64,000 bases of DNA. It comes from Octopus vulgaris (lineage: Eukaryota). The notes under the pieces were generated by a model. It did not search any database and was not told the DNA's origin. It worked only from the letters and a program-made list of their open reading frames with translations. Shown in pieces: positions 14,130-27,480 of this stretch (positions are counted from its first letter, which is position 1; each line of letters opens with the position of its first letter). A program made the position numbers and the translations under genes. Location of the stretch: positions 14,136,001 through 14,200,000 of the forward strand of contig OX597832.1 in assembly GCA_951406725.2 (NCBI GenBank), given 5' to 3'.

Positions 14130-14445
14130 TTATTACACACACCTTAGCGAAGGCGGAGGTGTTTTCAGTCGTGTTTGTTCAGACTGTGGACAAGATATCT
14201 CCATAGCCACTGAATGGATTCAGATGAAACTTTCAGGGACGTTTTGCCTCATGACTGGCACGAACTGATTAGACTTTGGAATCGATCTGGTATCAGGGAA
14301 GAGTTATGGATTATTTGTTATATTTGCTTTACTTTACATGAAGTAATACGATCTAACGTTGACTTTCAATTTTTTCTCAGATCATCTCCCTTGAAATAAC
14401 GCTCGTGGTCTACGCGTACGTTATGGCGGCGTTGCTGTTTCCAAA
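14130..14445 (+). mobile_element. Non-autonomous Helentron/DINE-1-like (HINE) fragment
   Basis: ccttagcgaaggcggaggtgttttcagtcgtgtttg...gatatctc...tgaatggattcagatgaaactttcagg resembles the conserved 5' block of HINE/DINE-like elements. Confidence 0.5.
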
Positions 14446-14550
14446 GTTTTATTTTCGTTTCTCTATTATTATATTTTACTTGCATTTCTATCTTAGTAGA
14501 AACCGATCGATAAAAATTCAAAGAACATAGACAAACGGTAGCAAAACAGT

Positions 14551-14918
14551 TCAGAAATACTTCATCCTCAGTCTCTCTTCGATTCCGTTTTCCATTATCT
14601 TACTACACTCTAGAACACCCAGGTATATGTATCCTTTCGTTTCAATTTGAATAAGGAAGTCTATATTCGGTAATTCTATCCCCGTTAGAGAATGTACCCT
14701 CCCTATTTTTAGGCAGATTGCCCCGCATTTCTGGAATCCAAATTCCATTATAATTTCATAAATGATACAACGGACCGTGTTCACCAAGGAACTCATCTAT
14801 GTCTTCTCTTTGCCATACAGTTTTGAATAATGAAGAGAAGGTGGTTGATTGAGAATGTTCATTTAGTTGCTATACCGTGTACATTTTCCTGACTGCCAAG
14901 TTCAGGGGTACCATGCAG
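14551..14918 (-). mobile_element. 5'-truncated R4/Dong-clade RT fragment abutting (AAT)n
   Basis: CMVPL..INHLLF..KLYGK..SLVNTVR..MEFGFQKC..GIELPN..GYIYLGVLE (RT domains 4-7). Confidence 0.85.
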
Positions 14919-15410
<492 letters not shown>

Positions 15411-17154
15411 GTTGTTAAATTTACGCGCTGCTATAAGTTGCAGACGCTAAAAGCATTTCTCCGATAATTAGCAATGACTTTCAAGTTGAACGCAGGTATT
15501 AATTTTCATTTTGATTATTATTTGAACTAGGGTTATTGCTGGAAATTTTAGAATGTCTGCAGTCTACAGGGGTTAAACAGCGAGGTTGGTTTTTGTAAAA
15601 ACTTCCATTTTATTTTCCGTCTAACTCTAGCGCAAAAATGGCTTCTTTTTCCGAATAACTCTCAAGTGAGTTTATATTGAACGAACCAAAGCAACTACCG
15701 CAAAAAATGTTAATAATATATTAAGATTTAAAATAGTAAAGAAAGAAAAGCCAGCCAACAAACGTGATGATATTTCCATGAAAAAAAAACAGAATGCAGT
15801 ATAACAGACAAAATTTTCGCAGCTATGTCGACGTGAAAACTTGTAACAACAACTATAGATAGTCACATACAAATTTAAGCTTGATTGTTCTTCAATATTA
15901 CGAAGTGCAAGCGTTCAAATCTTTTTTCCTAAAACAAAAAGTACAACAAGGGGACATTTTGGTATAGGAAATAACAAGTAGCAGCGTCTTGTACAATTTC
16001 AAACTTCAGAGTACCTCCAAAAGTTGTGTGACAACGTTAAGTTACCAAATCTCAGGTAGGTTTTACGTGTTCCCTCTAGAGATGGTGCCATCGTATTGTT
16101 GAAATCTTAGTTTTCTTCTGTAAAATTAAATTTATATATCAATGCAACTAGTTGTCTATAATATATTAACAGCGTAGAGCGGGATTCGTTTCACGCCGAA
16201 ATATGCTATCCTGTGCTATGTTTATGACAAAGACAGTGAATTTGCAGGAACATCATTGTGTCATACAAAATTATTTGTAGAAATTATTCAGAGTATCTAA
16301 AACATAATTGAATTTGTCCCTCCGCGTTCCACACTTTATAGCATCATCCTAATGTTTGGCTGTCTCTCTATATCAGATACAATAAGAAAATCAGCCAATA
16401 TTCTTTACGATTAGATGTATTTACTTGACTGACGTCGTCTTTCATCGTTTCGGTATTTGCGCCATTAGTAAGTTTCAAGTGAGGAAATGTATTTAATGTG
16501 ATCTTAAGTACTTGTATAACAAATCTATTGTTTCTAGCGTTTGTACTGCTATAATTATCATATAACCAGGATGGTAGACCTGAAGAATCGACACAGCAAC
16601 GGAGAAGATGCCTTAGAAGTTTGGACAGCTCTTCAGTTCCAATCTCAAATCTCGACAAGGTCAGCAGTAGCATTCATTATTTGGGGTGTATACATTTATA
16701 TACTAGTCCATTTATGGATCATCGGAGTCGATTAAGAGAAGTCCATCAACGGAAGTGAGAAGTCTATCAATGGGCTTCACACTTCTTAATTTTGTGAGGT
16801 TTATGTCTATCTTTGAAACAAATATTACCTGATATCTTAGAGTCATATGTAAGCAGATTCCATAAGTATGTGAAGAAGTAGAGATGCCATATTTATTGCA
16901 AGATTTTTTCTTTCTGGGGTATACACACGCCGAGACTAACTTAGTAAGGAATCTTCCATAAAATGTAACAAAATGAAAGTATTGAGACCGTATTATTAGA
17001 ATTATCCAGTCGAAATTTCTTTACCGTGCGATTATATCTTAAACAATTAAGTTTCAACATCGTCATATTATCAGTGATGATATCGGATGGTGACATTTGT
17101 AGCTGACTTAAATCACTGTGAGTGTAATACAGTCACTTCTAATATATATATGTA

Positions 17155-17384
17155 CATTGTTGGCAAAAAGTCATCAGACTGTAAATCAAAATTCCTATAA
17201 ATACTATCTGTACATTTGTATCGACAAGAATGGAAAAACGTGTCGCCCAAGAAGAATTTCATTCCGAACAATTTTCATGTTGTTTCATATTTAGATACTT
17301 GTATTAAATTCATTCAGTTGTTAGACATAAATCTTGGAATTAAATGGTTTTGATCTACTGTTAGGTGACTCTTGGCCAACCCTG
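17155..17384. mobile_element. Tc1/mariner-type MITE, ~230 bp
   Basis: Imperfect TIRs cattgttggcaaaaagtcatcagactgta / reverse complement cagggttggccaagagtcacctaacagta, with TA on both flanks. Confidence 0.65.
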
Positions 17385-17613
17385 TATACATTTCCTTCGT
17401 CATTTCAGATCTTATGTAATGCATGTATTCACTACGCATCTACCTCTTATAAATAGTAAATATGACAAATAGTAGATACTGCATTCGTTTATTCTACTAA
17501 TCTAGCAAATCAATAATATTATTGTCGATCAAATGTATTGAAAAAACATTGCAAATAATGCTGAGGCAAAACAAGGAAAGGAAGGTATTGACAGTCAAAC
17601 AATTTGCGATATA

Positions 17614-17849
17614 TATATTTCTTTACTACCCACAAGGGACTAAACACAGAGGGGACAAACAAGGACAGACAAACTAATTAAGTTGATTACTTCGACCCCA
17701 GTGCGTAACTGGTACTTAATTTATCGACCCCGAATAGATGAAAGGCAAAGTCGACCTCGGCAGAACTTGGACTTAGAGCGCAGCAGCGGACGAAATACCG
17801 CAAAGCAATTCACCCGGCGTGCTAACCTTTCTGCCAGCTCACCGCCTTT
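17614..17849 (-). mobile_element. Full-length SINE family A with 15-bp TSD
   Basis: Reverse complement of the 9015 copy; TSD acaatttgcgatata at 17599-17613 and 17850-17864. Confidence 0.92.
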
Positions 17850-17994
17850 ACAATTTGCGATATAGAGAATGCCGACTTAATGCAACTATAAAGAAAGGAC
17901 GCATGAATGTTTCGGCCATCAACAGATTTCCCACCGCCATCGCAAAGTTTCATTGTGAGCTATGTAGACAATTAAAGATATAAAAATGTGTATG

Positions 17995-18053
17995 ACGGTG
18001 CCCCAGCATGGCCACAGCTCATGAGCTGAAACTAATTAAGATAAGATAAGATA
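17995..18053 (+). mobile_element. SINE family B-related 3' end
   Basis: ggtgccccagcatggccacagctcatgagctgaaac + (taaga)n tail; compare with the reverse complement of 38700-38745. Confidence 0.65.
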
Positions 18054-18849
18054 TATAATTTCGGCGTATTTCCAATCGTGTATAGAAGTGACTCTGAAAT
18101 TTATTAGAAGGAATAATATTTAACGGAAGGAAGTAAAGATTATCTTTTCAAATGGGTTCGAATTAGCAATGCGGATATGACTTAACACTCTGTGTTAGTT
18201 TCTGGTCAAGTAACTTTAAACATTTTTGTCACGCTTTTGTACCAACTACAAAAAATATAGCATATCGCAATGCATGAATAAACATTATTTAAAGAAATTT
18301 CTGATAGGAATAAGAGCTTAGAATTTGAAATTTTAGGTTCTATAAGGTCAGATTTTCAGTCATTAGTCAGTCCATTCACGTGTAACTTCCAGCTACTAAT
18401 GTATAAGATTTTTGAATACCATTGTAATAAAATTATGAAAAATCTAAGCAATGAAAATATCAATTTTAAATTAAAAACAACTTATTTTAAACAAGTTGAA
18501 TGATCCTTTACGGAAGTTATTTGAGAAACAGAAACAACGAAACGTGATTATGGTTGGCTAATGAAGAGACACAGAAAGGAAGTCTGATAACAAATAATAA
18601 AATAGAAGAAAATAAAACCTAAAATAGATAAAATTAAATTATATAAGAATGCAAAAATATTAATGTGAAAACAGTGGGTGGAAAACACAGACAAAGTTAA
18701 ACTCTAATTGAAAACAAAATGCAGATTATATCCTTGAAGAAAATTAGATACACAGAAGGGCGGTGTATATGGTTCTCACTGTTTGCCTATATGCCTGTAG
18801 GTATGTGTGTATGTGTGTGTGCGTGTGTGTGAGTGTGTGTTTGTGCATG

Positions 18850-18997
18850 CGTTGGGTTGGCTGTGAGATAAGTGATTTGTTTCTCAACAACATCATTCCT
18901 TTTTCAAACTAAATGCGTGGCCCCTTGGGCAAATATCTTTTCCTATAGCCACGGGCCGAACTAAGCCTTCTGAGTGTATTTGATTGAGACAACTGAA
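18850..18997 (+). mobile_element. SINE family B fragment
   Basis: gcgtggccccttgggcaaatatcttttcctatagccacgggccga core segment. Confidence 0.65.
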
Positions 18998-19492
18998 CAC
19001 AAACACACACACACACATACACATACACAAACACAAACACACACACACACATATACCCGAACACCCACACACTCGTACACGCAAACACAGACCCACACAT
19101 ATAATTCACAGAGGAGATCCAGAGATTTTCGGTAGGGAAGACACATTAGCGCTGAAATGATTCTAACTTAGACGCCTACGACTTTACAGGGGATGAATTC
19201 CGCGGGGTAAACGGATGTCTGAAAGAGGGATGAAGTTCAGCAAAAGTGGAGGCAATTATGTGGATAAACACATTAACTATAACGGATTGTGTTTGAAACA
19301 TGAACAGAATATATATGTATACTTGCAAGACAAGAAAAAGCAGAGTGGAGACTTTCAGCCGATAAACATTTTAGTATAAATAAATAAATAAATTATATAT
19401 ATACATATATATAAATATAAGGGCAGTAAAAATTTCAATAGAAATGTTTTTGCCACCAGCGGTCTAGTGAGAAAGAGAAGATAGTGACAGAC

Positions 19493-19886
19493 TATGTATA
19501 TAATTTCAACAACATTGAGGAACGGCCCCGATAGGCCATTCGACCCACTAGAAAGAGCAGCCAAGACTCAAACCGCTAAATAGCAGTAATTCAGAAATTA
19601 AAGGAAAATTTAAAAACATTTACCCTATTTATCTTTAGACAATGCATTGTTTCGACGTCCTTTATGGCAAACCAATTCTTTATGGCAAACTAATTTAATT
19701 AGGCTGGTTTGCCATAAAGAACGTCGAAACAATGCATTGTCTAAAGATAAATAGGGTAAATGTTTTTTAATTTTCCTTTAATTTCTGAATTACTACGATT
19801 TAGCGGTTTGAGTCTTGGCTGCTCTTTCTAGTGGGTCGAATGGCCTATCGGGGCCGTTCCTCAATGTTGTTGAAATTATATACATA
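19493..19886. repeat. Foldback inverted repeat: 182-bp arms, 30-bp loop
   Basis: 19493-19674 is the reverse complement of 19705-19886, with about 4 mismatches by eye. Confidence 0.97.
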
Positions 19887-20203
19887 TATATATAAACAGA
19901 TCCAGCTTAGACGAAGTATAAACGATAGAGAAATTTAAATAGGATGAAATAAGGCATTTTAAGTCACACAACAATCATCATTCCTGTCTTAACCAAACAT
20001 ACCCTTCCACTTGCTCCATCTAATACTCTCTGGTGTCATTACCCCAATGATCTTCTTTGCATTAGGATGTGAAATATAAGATCTTTTCTAAATTTGTAAC
20101 AGCGCCTTGATTTATCCAATGTTGCTTGCCCCCATTAAGGCCAGTATATTGTGACGAAACCCAAGGTGTTATATTTAATATATTTAATTTGTATATCCGC
20201 ACA

Positions 20204-20250
<47 letters not shown>

Positions 20251-20253
<3 letters not shown>

Positions 20254-20368
20254 ACCTGCTTGCTTAGCCAGCGGGGTGGCGTTATTTGAAGACTAAAACA
20301 ATGCGAAGCGCATTGTGACCAGCGATGTATAGCAACATCTGATAGCCTGGTCGATCACGGTGATCACG

Positions 20369-20372
<4 letters not shown>
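20251..20372 (+). mobile_element. Retroposon 3'-end fragment inserted in (TA)n
   Basis: GC-richer 120-bp island ending in a tandem (tcacggtga)2 tail, with pure TA runs on both sides. Confidence 0.55.
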
Positions 20373-20439
<67 letters not shown>

Positions 20440-20519
20440 ATTGCGACCGTGACATTATTGATACTAAAAGATAATATTTATCTCCACTTAAAGGTGTTTA
20501 TTCTATTAGAAAAACATAC

Positions 20520-21125
20520 TGCGGTGGATGCAACGAGAAAAGATGTCATAGAGTCTTTTCGGGCAAGATGCACGCATGTTTGTGTCACTAGCAAGGAGAT
20601 TAATATCTACGACGTGCAGCTACGATCAATCTTGAGTATGTAATGGGAACATTATGTAATCTATATCAAGGTCATGGAAAGAGCCAACTGTCAAAGTATT
20701 GAATCGTCGATCGTGTAACGTCTTCGATGTTCTGGGTAGGTAGCAAGCATTCGGCCGTTAAGGTTCCCACCCCAAATTGTATCCAGTGAGCTCACTTCAG
20801 GAAAAAAGCTACCGGGTTGCCCTCTTCGAAGATACAAAGTCCAATTGAAAGCAACGCTGAAAGGCTCTGGAACCGAGCATAAATCACTTGAAATTCAAGC
20901 CCGTGAACCTAACAAAGTGGTGGTGTTCCCTAACCGTTAGAACTAAAAGGTTTAAAGCCACCAGAGAAGAAATGGAAAAAGTCAAACGACAAGAGAGTAA
21001 GTCTTGACAAAATGAACCACGTTTTCCAACATTGTTACCATGCAGTCAATCTCATCGGTTCTTCATGCAAGAATTGGTCTGCAGAGTCATCACCGGCACC
21101 ATCCATAAAGGAAACGTATAGCAAA
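20520..21125 (+). mobile_element. RTE (BovB-like) LINE 3' fragment
   Basis: QLRSIL..WEHYV..ERANCQSIES, ELTSGKKLPGCPLRRYKVQLKATLK and terminal ARIGLQSHHR match the RTE C-terminus. Confidence 0.75.
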
Positions 21126-21672
21126 GAGGGAAATAAACCTCGGATACGATATATAGCAAACCACGATTTGCAGATACACGCAAACACACACGCACATACG
21201 CACACACACGCACATACGCACACACACGCAACCTCGCGCACGCAAGCACACACAAGCTCAAACATAGACACACGCACGCTGGTGCACACACACTATATCA
21301 CACACACTCAATCCACACACATATATATGAAGACATTCACATATGCACACACACACATACGTATATGCGTATGCCAACATATAAATAGAAAAAAAACATT
21401 TCATTTTCGCATATAATGATTAGTTTGAAAGAGAATTTAGAGATGAAATCAAGAACACTGAATAAATAGAATGGCGATGATGGAATTAATACTAAGTAGA
21501 ATTGTAATTTCTTAAGGTTATGTATTTGGTTCTTTTCTTTTGTAATTTGTAATTTTTCGATAACATCAACTTCCGTAGTTCTTTGAATTTTGTGTATTGC
21601 TCTCAATTGTGATATTTTATGAATGTTCTTGAATATAAATTTCTTTCCTATGATTTTTCCTGTATTCGTTCG

Positions 21673-21761
<89 letters not shown>

Positions 21762-21762
21762 T

Positions 21763-21951
21763 AGGGAGAGTTTACGAAAAAAACAAAAGACGAAGACAGA
21801 TGGTGTACAAAACATTCAGATGTATTAGTATAACACTCAGGAATACGAAAAAGTATTTTACGTTTCGATCCTACGCTCTTCTTCATAAAGGGACACAGAA
21901 AAAACAAGGAGAGAAAAAATGTGTATAGTGGCTAACGATCTATCATGGCGA
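21763..21951 (-). mobile_element. ~190-bp non-coding element with a degenerate minimal hammerhead (Penelope pLTR/retrozyme-like), inside (TA)n
   Basis: Homologous to 62283-62490; the reverse strand of 21853-21891 reads cttt-ATGAAGA-agagc-gtag-gatc-GAAACGTA-aaatac. Confidence 0.7.
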
Positions 21952-21956
21952 TATAA

Positions 21957-22003
<47 letters not shown>

Positions 22004-22219
22004 TGAAGAAAAAGAGTGAGATAGAGAGAGAGAAAAGCTTATACATTATAACCCACATATATATCGCTAAAACTTTGAATGATATTTTGAGAAATGGAGA
22101 GATATTTTGTATACCTAAATATAGTATAATGCTATGTAATAGCTTTCCTCTTCCTCCACTTCGACCTTGTCCTCTCCCTCATCATTGTTATTAATGCTGT
22201 CCTCATTGCCTCAACGATG

Positions 22220-22430
22220 AGATGGAAGACTTGTTAGCACACCCGACGTCAATACTCAGCTGTATTTAAACGCTTTTAACATTCTGAGCTCAAACGCCTC
22301 AGTGCTCAACTTGGCCTTTCAGGTTTTTGAAGGCAATGAAATAAGTACCAGCTAAATAATGGATTCCACGTAATCAGATATCTACTCACTAAAGACTGGT
22401 CCTGTGCCGAATTTCGAAACAATTATTATG
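22220..22430 (+). mobile_element. SINE family A, degenerate
   Basis: ttgttagcacacccgacg..cattctgagctcaaac..ttggcctttcagg..aaataagtaccag. Confidence 0.65.
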
Positions 22431-23790
22431 ATACAATTTTGACTTAGCTTTAAAGCCCTTACCGAAATATTCGAGTTAACCCTAATTGAAAACCTTAATG
22501 TGAACCCAAGACCTAACGGAAGACGTTAATTTTGATCGTGTAAAGATACAAATAAGCATGAAGCCGTTCAATCAAAATAAAATATGATCTTATGAATATT
22601 CACTGTACTGTCTTGTTCCTCCCCACATCTACGAAACTCTATAAAATGATTAAATTCGCCAAAAAGGAATTAATTTGATTTGAAAGCCCCACTAGAATGG
22701 GAGAAAGCGCTAATAATCTGAATGGTATGATCTGAATGATATGATATATATATGTAAAAAATGTAATATATAAATAAATATCTATAAATATGAACCATCC
22801 GATCTTCTGATTACCTCATTTCTTCTAATATATAATACCTGTACATCATCTCCAAACCTTCCAATATATATATACATATATGCATCCGACTATTTTAATG
22901 GTTAAGAACTTAAATAAAATATATGAGGTATATACATTTTATGTTTTACAATTTCGCTATTTTGGCACTCTATATATTAGTTTTCTCCTTTTCACATCAT
23001 TCTAATGTCCAAAGAACACAAGGCAATATCGTTGTTTTAAGATGCTACACTGCTTATTCTGGTCAGTTTCTCAACCATTTTCAGAGATGTGCTTTTGTAA
23101 GCTGGAGGCGCAAAGTCAAACAAAAAACGCTGTTTATGATTCTACTAAATGATATCTGGTCGGTTAGATTCAATATATCCTTTAGCATGTGTACTGAAAT
23201 TCCAGACGATGGTATGTGTAACATAATGGAAAGCATGTGTTCGTTTATGTTCCCTGAAATTCTCTTCTTGTAGATGGTTGTATGTGCTTTATTATTATAA
23301 ATAATATTATTATCATTGCTGTCTTTGTCGTTGCTTCTCTTGTTGTTTTCGGGTCTGATCTTGGTTTTGCTATGGAAATAGTAACTTAATATATCATTCA
23401 AGGAGAAATCGCCTCTAGAGATTTGTAACAGTAGAGATCTGTCGAATGCATAGCATCCGCTTGAAAAGAATTTAGAAGAACTGCCGCTTGAAATTTTCTC
23501 ACATGTCATGCTTCTTGAGAGTTGAAAATATCTCTGATTATTGCTTTATAGAATACATACAGACTGCATGTACACCTGCTTCTATTATATGCTTTATAAT
23601 TACATCAATTCACCAAAGATTCAATACAGGTAATATGGATGTTATATTCATCATTCTCAAAGGCTTGTGTTGTTGCTTATGGTCTCCCTAAGTTGCAATA
23701 TGTTAGAGGTCGTGAGTACATTTTCATCCTGTTAGATATATACAAAAAATCACCCACACACAAAACTCACATCTACAGGCATTATACATA

Positions 23791-23844
<54 letters not shown>

Positions 23845-24296
23845 AGTGGATTGATTAATTTGAATTTATTACATATTAAAATATATTCGAGTCATCATTA
23901 GCAGCTGCCCGTTCCTGAATATTACATATACTACAAAAGCATTGCACAAAAATCACTCGGTAATAGCCACATATACATCTCTACGTGATGATTGAATCAA
24001 AAACACAGTTTGATCAAACTTTTGCTTGTCCCCATCTACTACATAGACAGAAATACTATTTTTAGAATTACAAAGAGGTAGAAATGCAAATGACAAAATC
24101 AAAAATCACCTAAGAAAAGCAAATTAAGTGAAAGGAGAAAATGAAGAAGCATGAAACTCACTGGAGCTTTAAGCCTCAGCATTTAAGCCGGCCATATTTG
24201 GTCTAAATAATGTATCTAGTAGATGACTCCACCTCACAGTGATTTCGGCAAGGACAGTTTCTTCGAGGATGTAGGCCAGCTCGTTTGCTTGCAAAA

Positions 24297-24460
24297 AGGC
24301 GCCGGCGTGACTGCATCGTAAAAAATCTTACTTCTCAACCACGTTGCAGAATCTGTTCCTCTGCGTGGTAGCTTGAGCAAGTCTCTTCTAATATGGCATA
24401 GGGCCAACCAAAGACATGTGAGAAGATTGGGTGGTCGGAAACTAAAAGAAGCCTGCCATA
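24297..24460 (+). mobile_element. SINE family B, degenerate head and core
   Basis: aggcgccggcgtgactg..ctgcgtggtagcttgagcaagt..gggccaaccaaag..ggaaactaaaagaagcc. Confidence 0.65.
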
Positions 24461-24629
24461 TATCTATCTATCTATTTATCTATCAATATACACATATATA
24501 TATGTGTGTGTGTTTATATATATATGCTTGTGCGTGTGGGTGTGCGTGTATGCGTGAGCGTGCGCGTGTGTCTCTGTATAAATATAAACATATATATATA
24601 ATATATATATATGCATATTATATATGTAT

Positions 24630-24661
<32 letters not shown>

Positions 24662-24668
24662 CTATATG

Positions 24669-24724
<56 letters not shown>

Positions 24725-24959
24725 CATATGGGTATGTGTGTGTACTTGTACGTGTATTTATATTCCCCCTTTACCTAAATGGTTAGTTAACCAATGTCTT
24801 CGGGCGCAGTACAAGCATGATGGAGCCTAGTAGTCAAATCTAATTTCTAATGCAAATTAAGTGATGAGAAGCCAATATGTTTTTGTCTTGGTACTTTATA
24901 TGTGCGTGTACTTAAGGTTGTGTTGCTGTATGTTCGTAAGTGTATGTATACAGAAGTAT

Positions 24960-25003
<44 letters not shown>

Positions 25004-25157
25004 TCAGACACACACACATATATATTCGTATGTATATATGTGTTCATATACTTATGAGAAACAAAGAAAGATTTAACGAGTACACAACGGTGAATACAAC
25101 TTTAACTTATATACATCCATTTATACATGCATATATATATGCATACAGACATACATA

Positions 25158-25245
<88 letters not shown>

Positions 25246-25824
25246 CATACACATAGCCATATAGATAGAGAAACACATAAATGCATGTTAATAGACACAA
25301 ACACACGCATGCTCACACGAATATACATATTTCTATACATAAGCGCGACTCCATATATACTTGCCTATATCTATATGCGTTTGCCTACGCGTTTTTTTTT
25401 ATGTGAACCCCTGTGTCGGCCATTATTCATATAATTTATTTTAATTTGCTTTTCTCTTATTTCCTTTCAATTCGGTTGTATTACACCCTTTGCCGTCGGC
25501 AGTAAAGTTCTACGAATGATAGCTTAAGAATGTCTGGTTAACGAAACGGTGGCAATATTAATGAAGATAGGAAGAAATTCTCATTCAATACACATATATT
25601 TATTTGTTCTTCACTTTATTAGACAAAGCTGTTTCCTTAATTTAGAAATTTCATTACATTTGTACAACATCTTCTTCTATTGTCACTGTTTAACTCTTAT
25701 CCAATTGCATAATATACATTTACACTTGCATACACAGATGCATATGTACACATGCACACACATACAGAAAAAAAGGCACACATATTAAAATACGTGCATG
25801 ATACATATACATTCATACACATAC

Positions 25825-25856
<32 letters not shown>

Positions 25857-26150
25857 GATATATATGTATGCGCGTGCACACACACACAAACACACATATG
25901 TGTATATTATATGCGTGTCTGTTTGTGTGTGTATGTGTGTATATTCGAACATTCATTGAAGCTGTATAATATATGAATTCAATCGGATTGGCTTCAACCA
26001 ATTAATGTACATGTTATCTAGACGATAACCATCGAACACTTTGTGTATCAATCTTTCGAAATTAATGTCACACATGCATGTCTACTGAACACGGTGAAAT
26101 GTGTACAGTACTGACTAACTAATATGCATAACTTCACAAATATACGATGT

Positions 26151-26318
<168 letters not shown>

Positions 26319-27039
26319 ACACATACATGCATACATGCATACATATAAGCGTATATACTCGGTTCACTATAGATATATAACTTTGAATTAACGGTGTCCT
26401 ATCTCAAAAGAAGCGAGAGGGCTACACTTGTTAAACGTCGACCAATCACTCTCGGTCTTCTCTTTTAGATAATATCCTTTGTAGTTTCACGAACACTTTA
26501 TAATTATTATCTCATCTCATTTGATCCTCATTTAATTAGTGATCAAAATGCCCTTGCAATATAAGAGCAAGCACACTAGGGCACATCTTGGAAGAATGAT
26601 ATCTGATGACGTATTTGAATACTGAATTCCATATTATTGCAATACTCTGACCAATAAAATTGCGATGGATTTTGCAGAATAGCGACTGATCCAGGAAAAA
26701 CGCCATGCCCTAACCGTCATGTCATATTGTTCAAATTTTAAGTCACTCAAGCATTTAACTTCGCTTGAATGGTCGCCACTGCCACAAGCTACTTTACCCG
26801 GACTTCTGCATTGCGGGGAGACTTAGGTGCAAACCTATGATCATTAATATCTGAAGTGAGTCTTCACGCCGTTCTACATGTATGCATGTATGTATGTATG
26901 TATGTATGTGTGTATGTATGTATGAATGCATGTATGTATGTATGCATGTACGTATGTATGTATATATGTATACATGTAAGTACGTACGTATGTATGAATT
27001 TATGTATGCATGTATCTATCTATCTGGTTATAGCCGTTC

Positions 27040-27480
27040 AGGCACTACGATTGGTTTCGAACCTATAAGTTTAGAGCAGTGTTCGTGACTCTCCAGGTTT
27101 GTTACCCAGATGAACATAACTTTTGTACGAAAGGAGGCACGAATATAGCCTTGTCAATCACGGCCATGGAAAAAAAGAAAAAAGAGACCGTGAAACTAAA
27201 TTATACCGTGCAGCATTCCTTTTTGGGGAAATGAATTTACCTCCCCTTGAGCGGTTGTGGCTGCGTTCAATAGATGCATGCCTCTACTTTGGTAGTTGGA
27301 AAGGAGGTCATTATATAATCTCCAACTAGAATTTCCTCTGAAGAAAGCACTATATAAAGATTTCGAACTTGGAATTCAAGAAGGAACAACCGAGTTCTTC
27401 AAGCACTTGTCCGTCTTGACCAAGCAAAGTTTACCTCGTCCGCTCCCATAAAGTAATGGTACAGGTTGTGTCATGAGCTT
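27040..27480 (-). mobile_element. Possible Penelope-like 3' relic followed by a degenerate hammerhead
   Basis: Reverse strand gives KVEA..NRSRGGKFISPK (weakly like PLE C-termini), then CTGGAGA..gaac..gttc-GAAAC-caatc-GTA at 27041-27100. Confidence 0.3.

Noticed and set aside
16368-16673. 101-aa minus-strand ORF of normal complexity
   Set aside because: No recognisable motif or convincing splice context; the length is compatible with chance.
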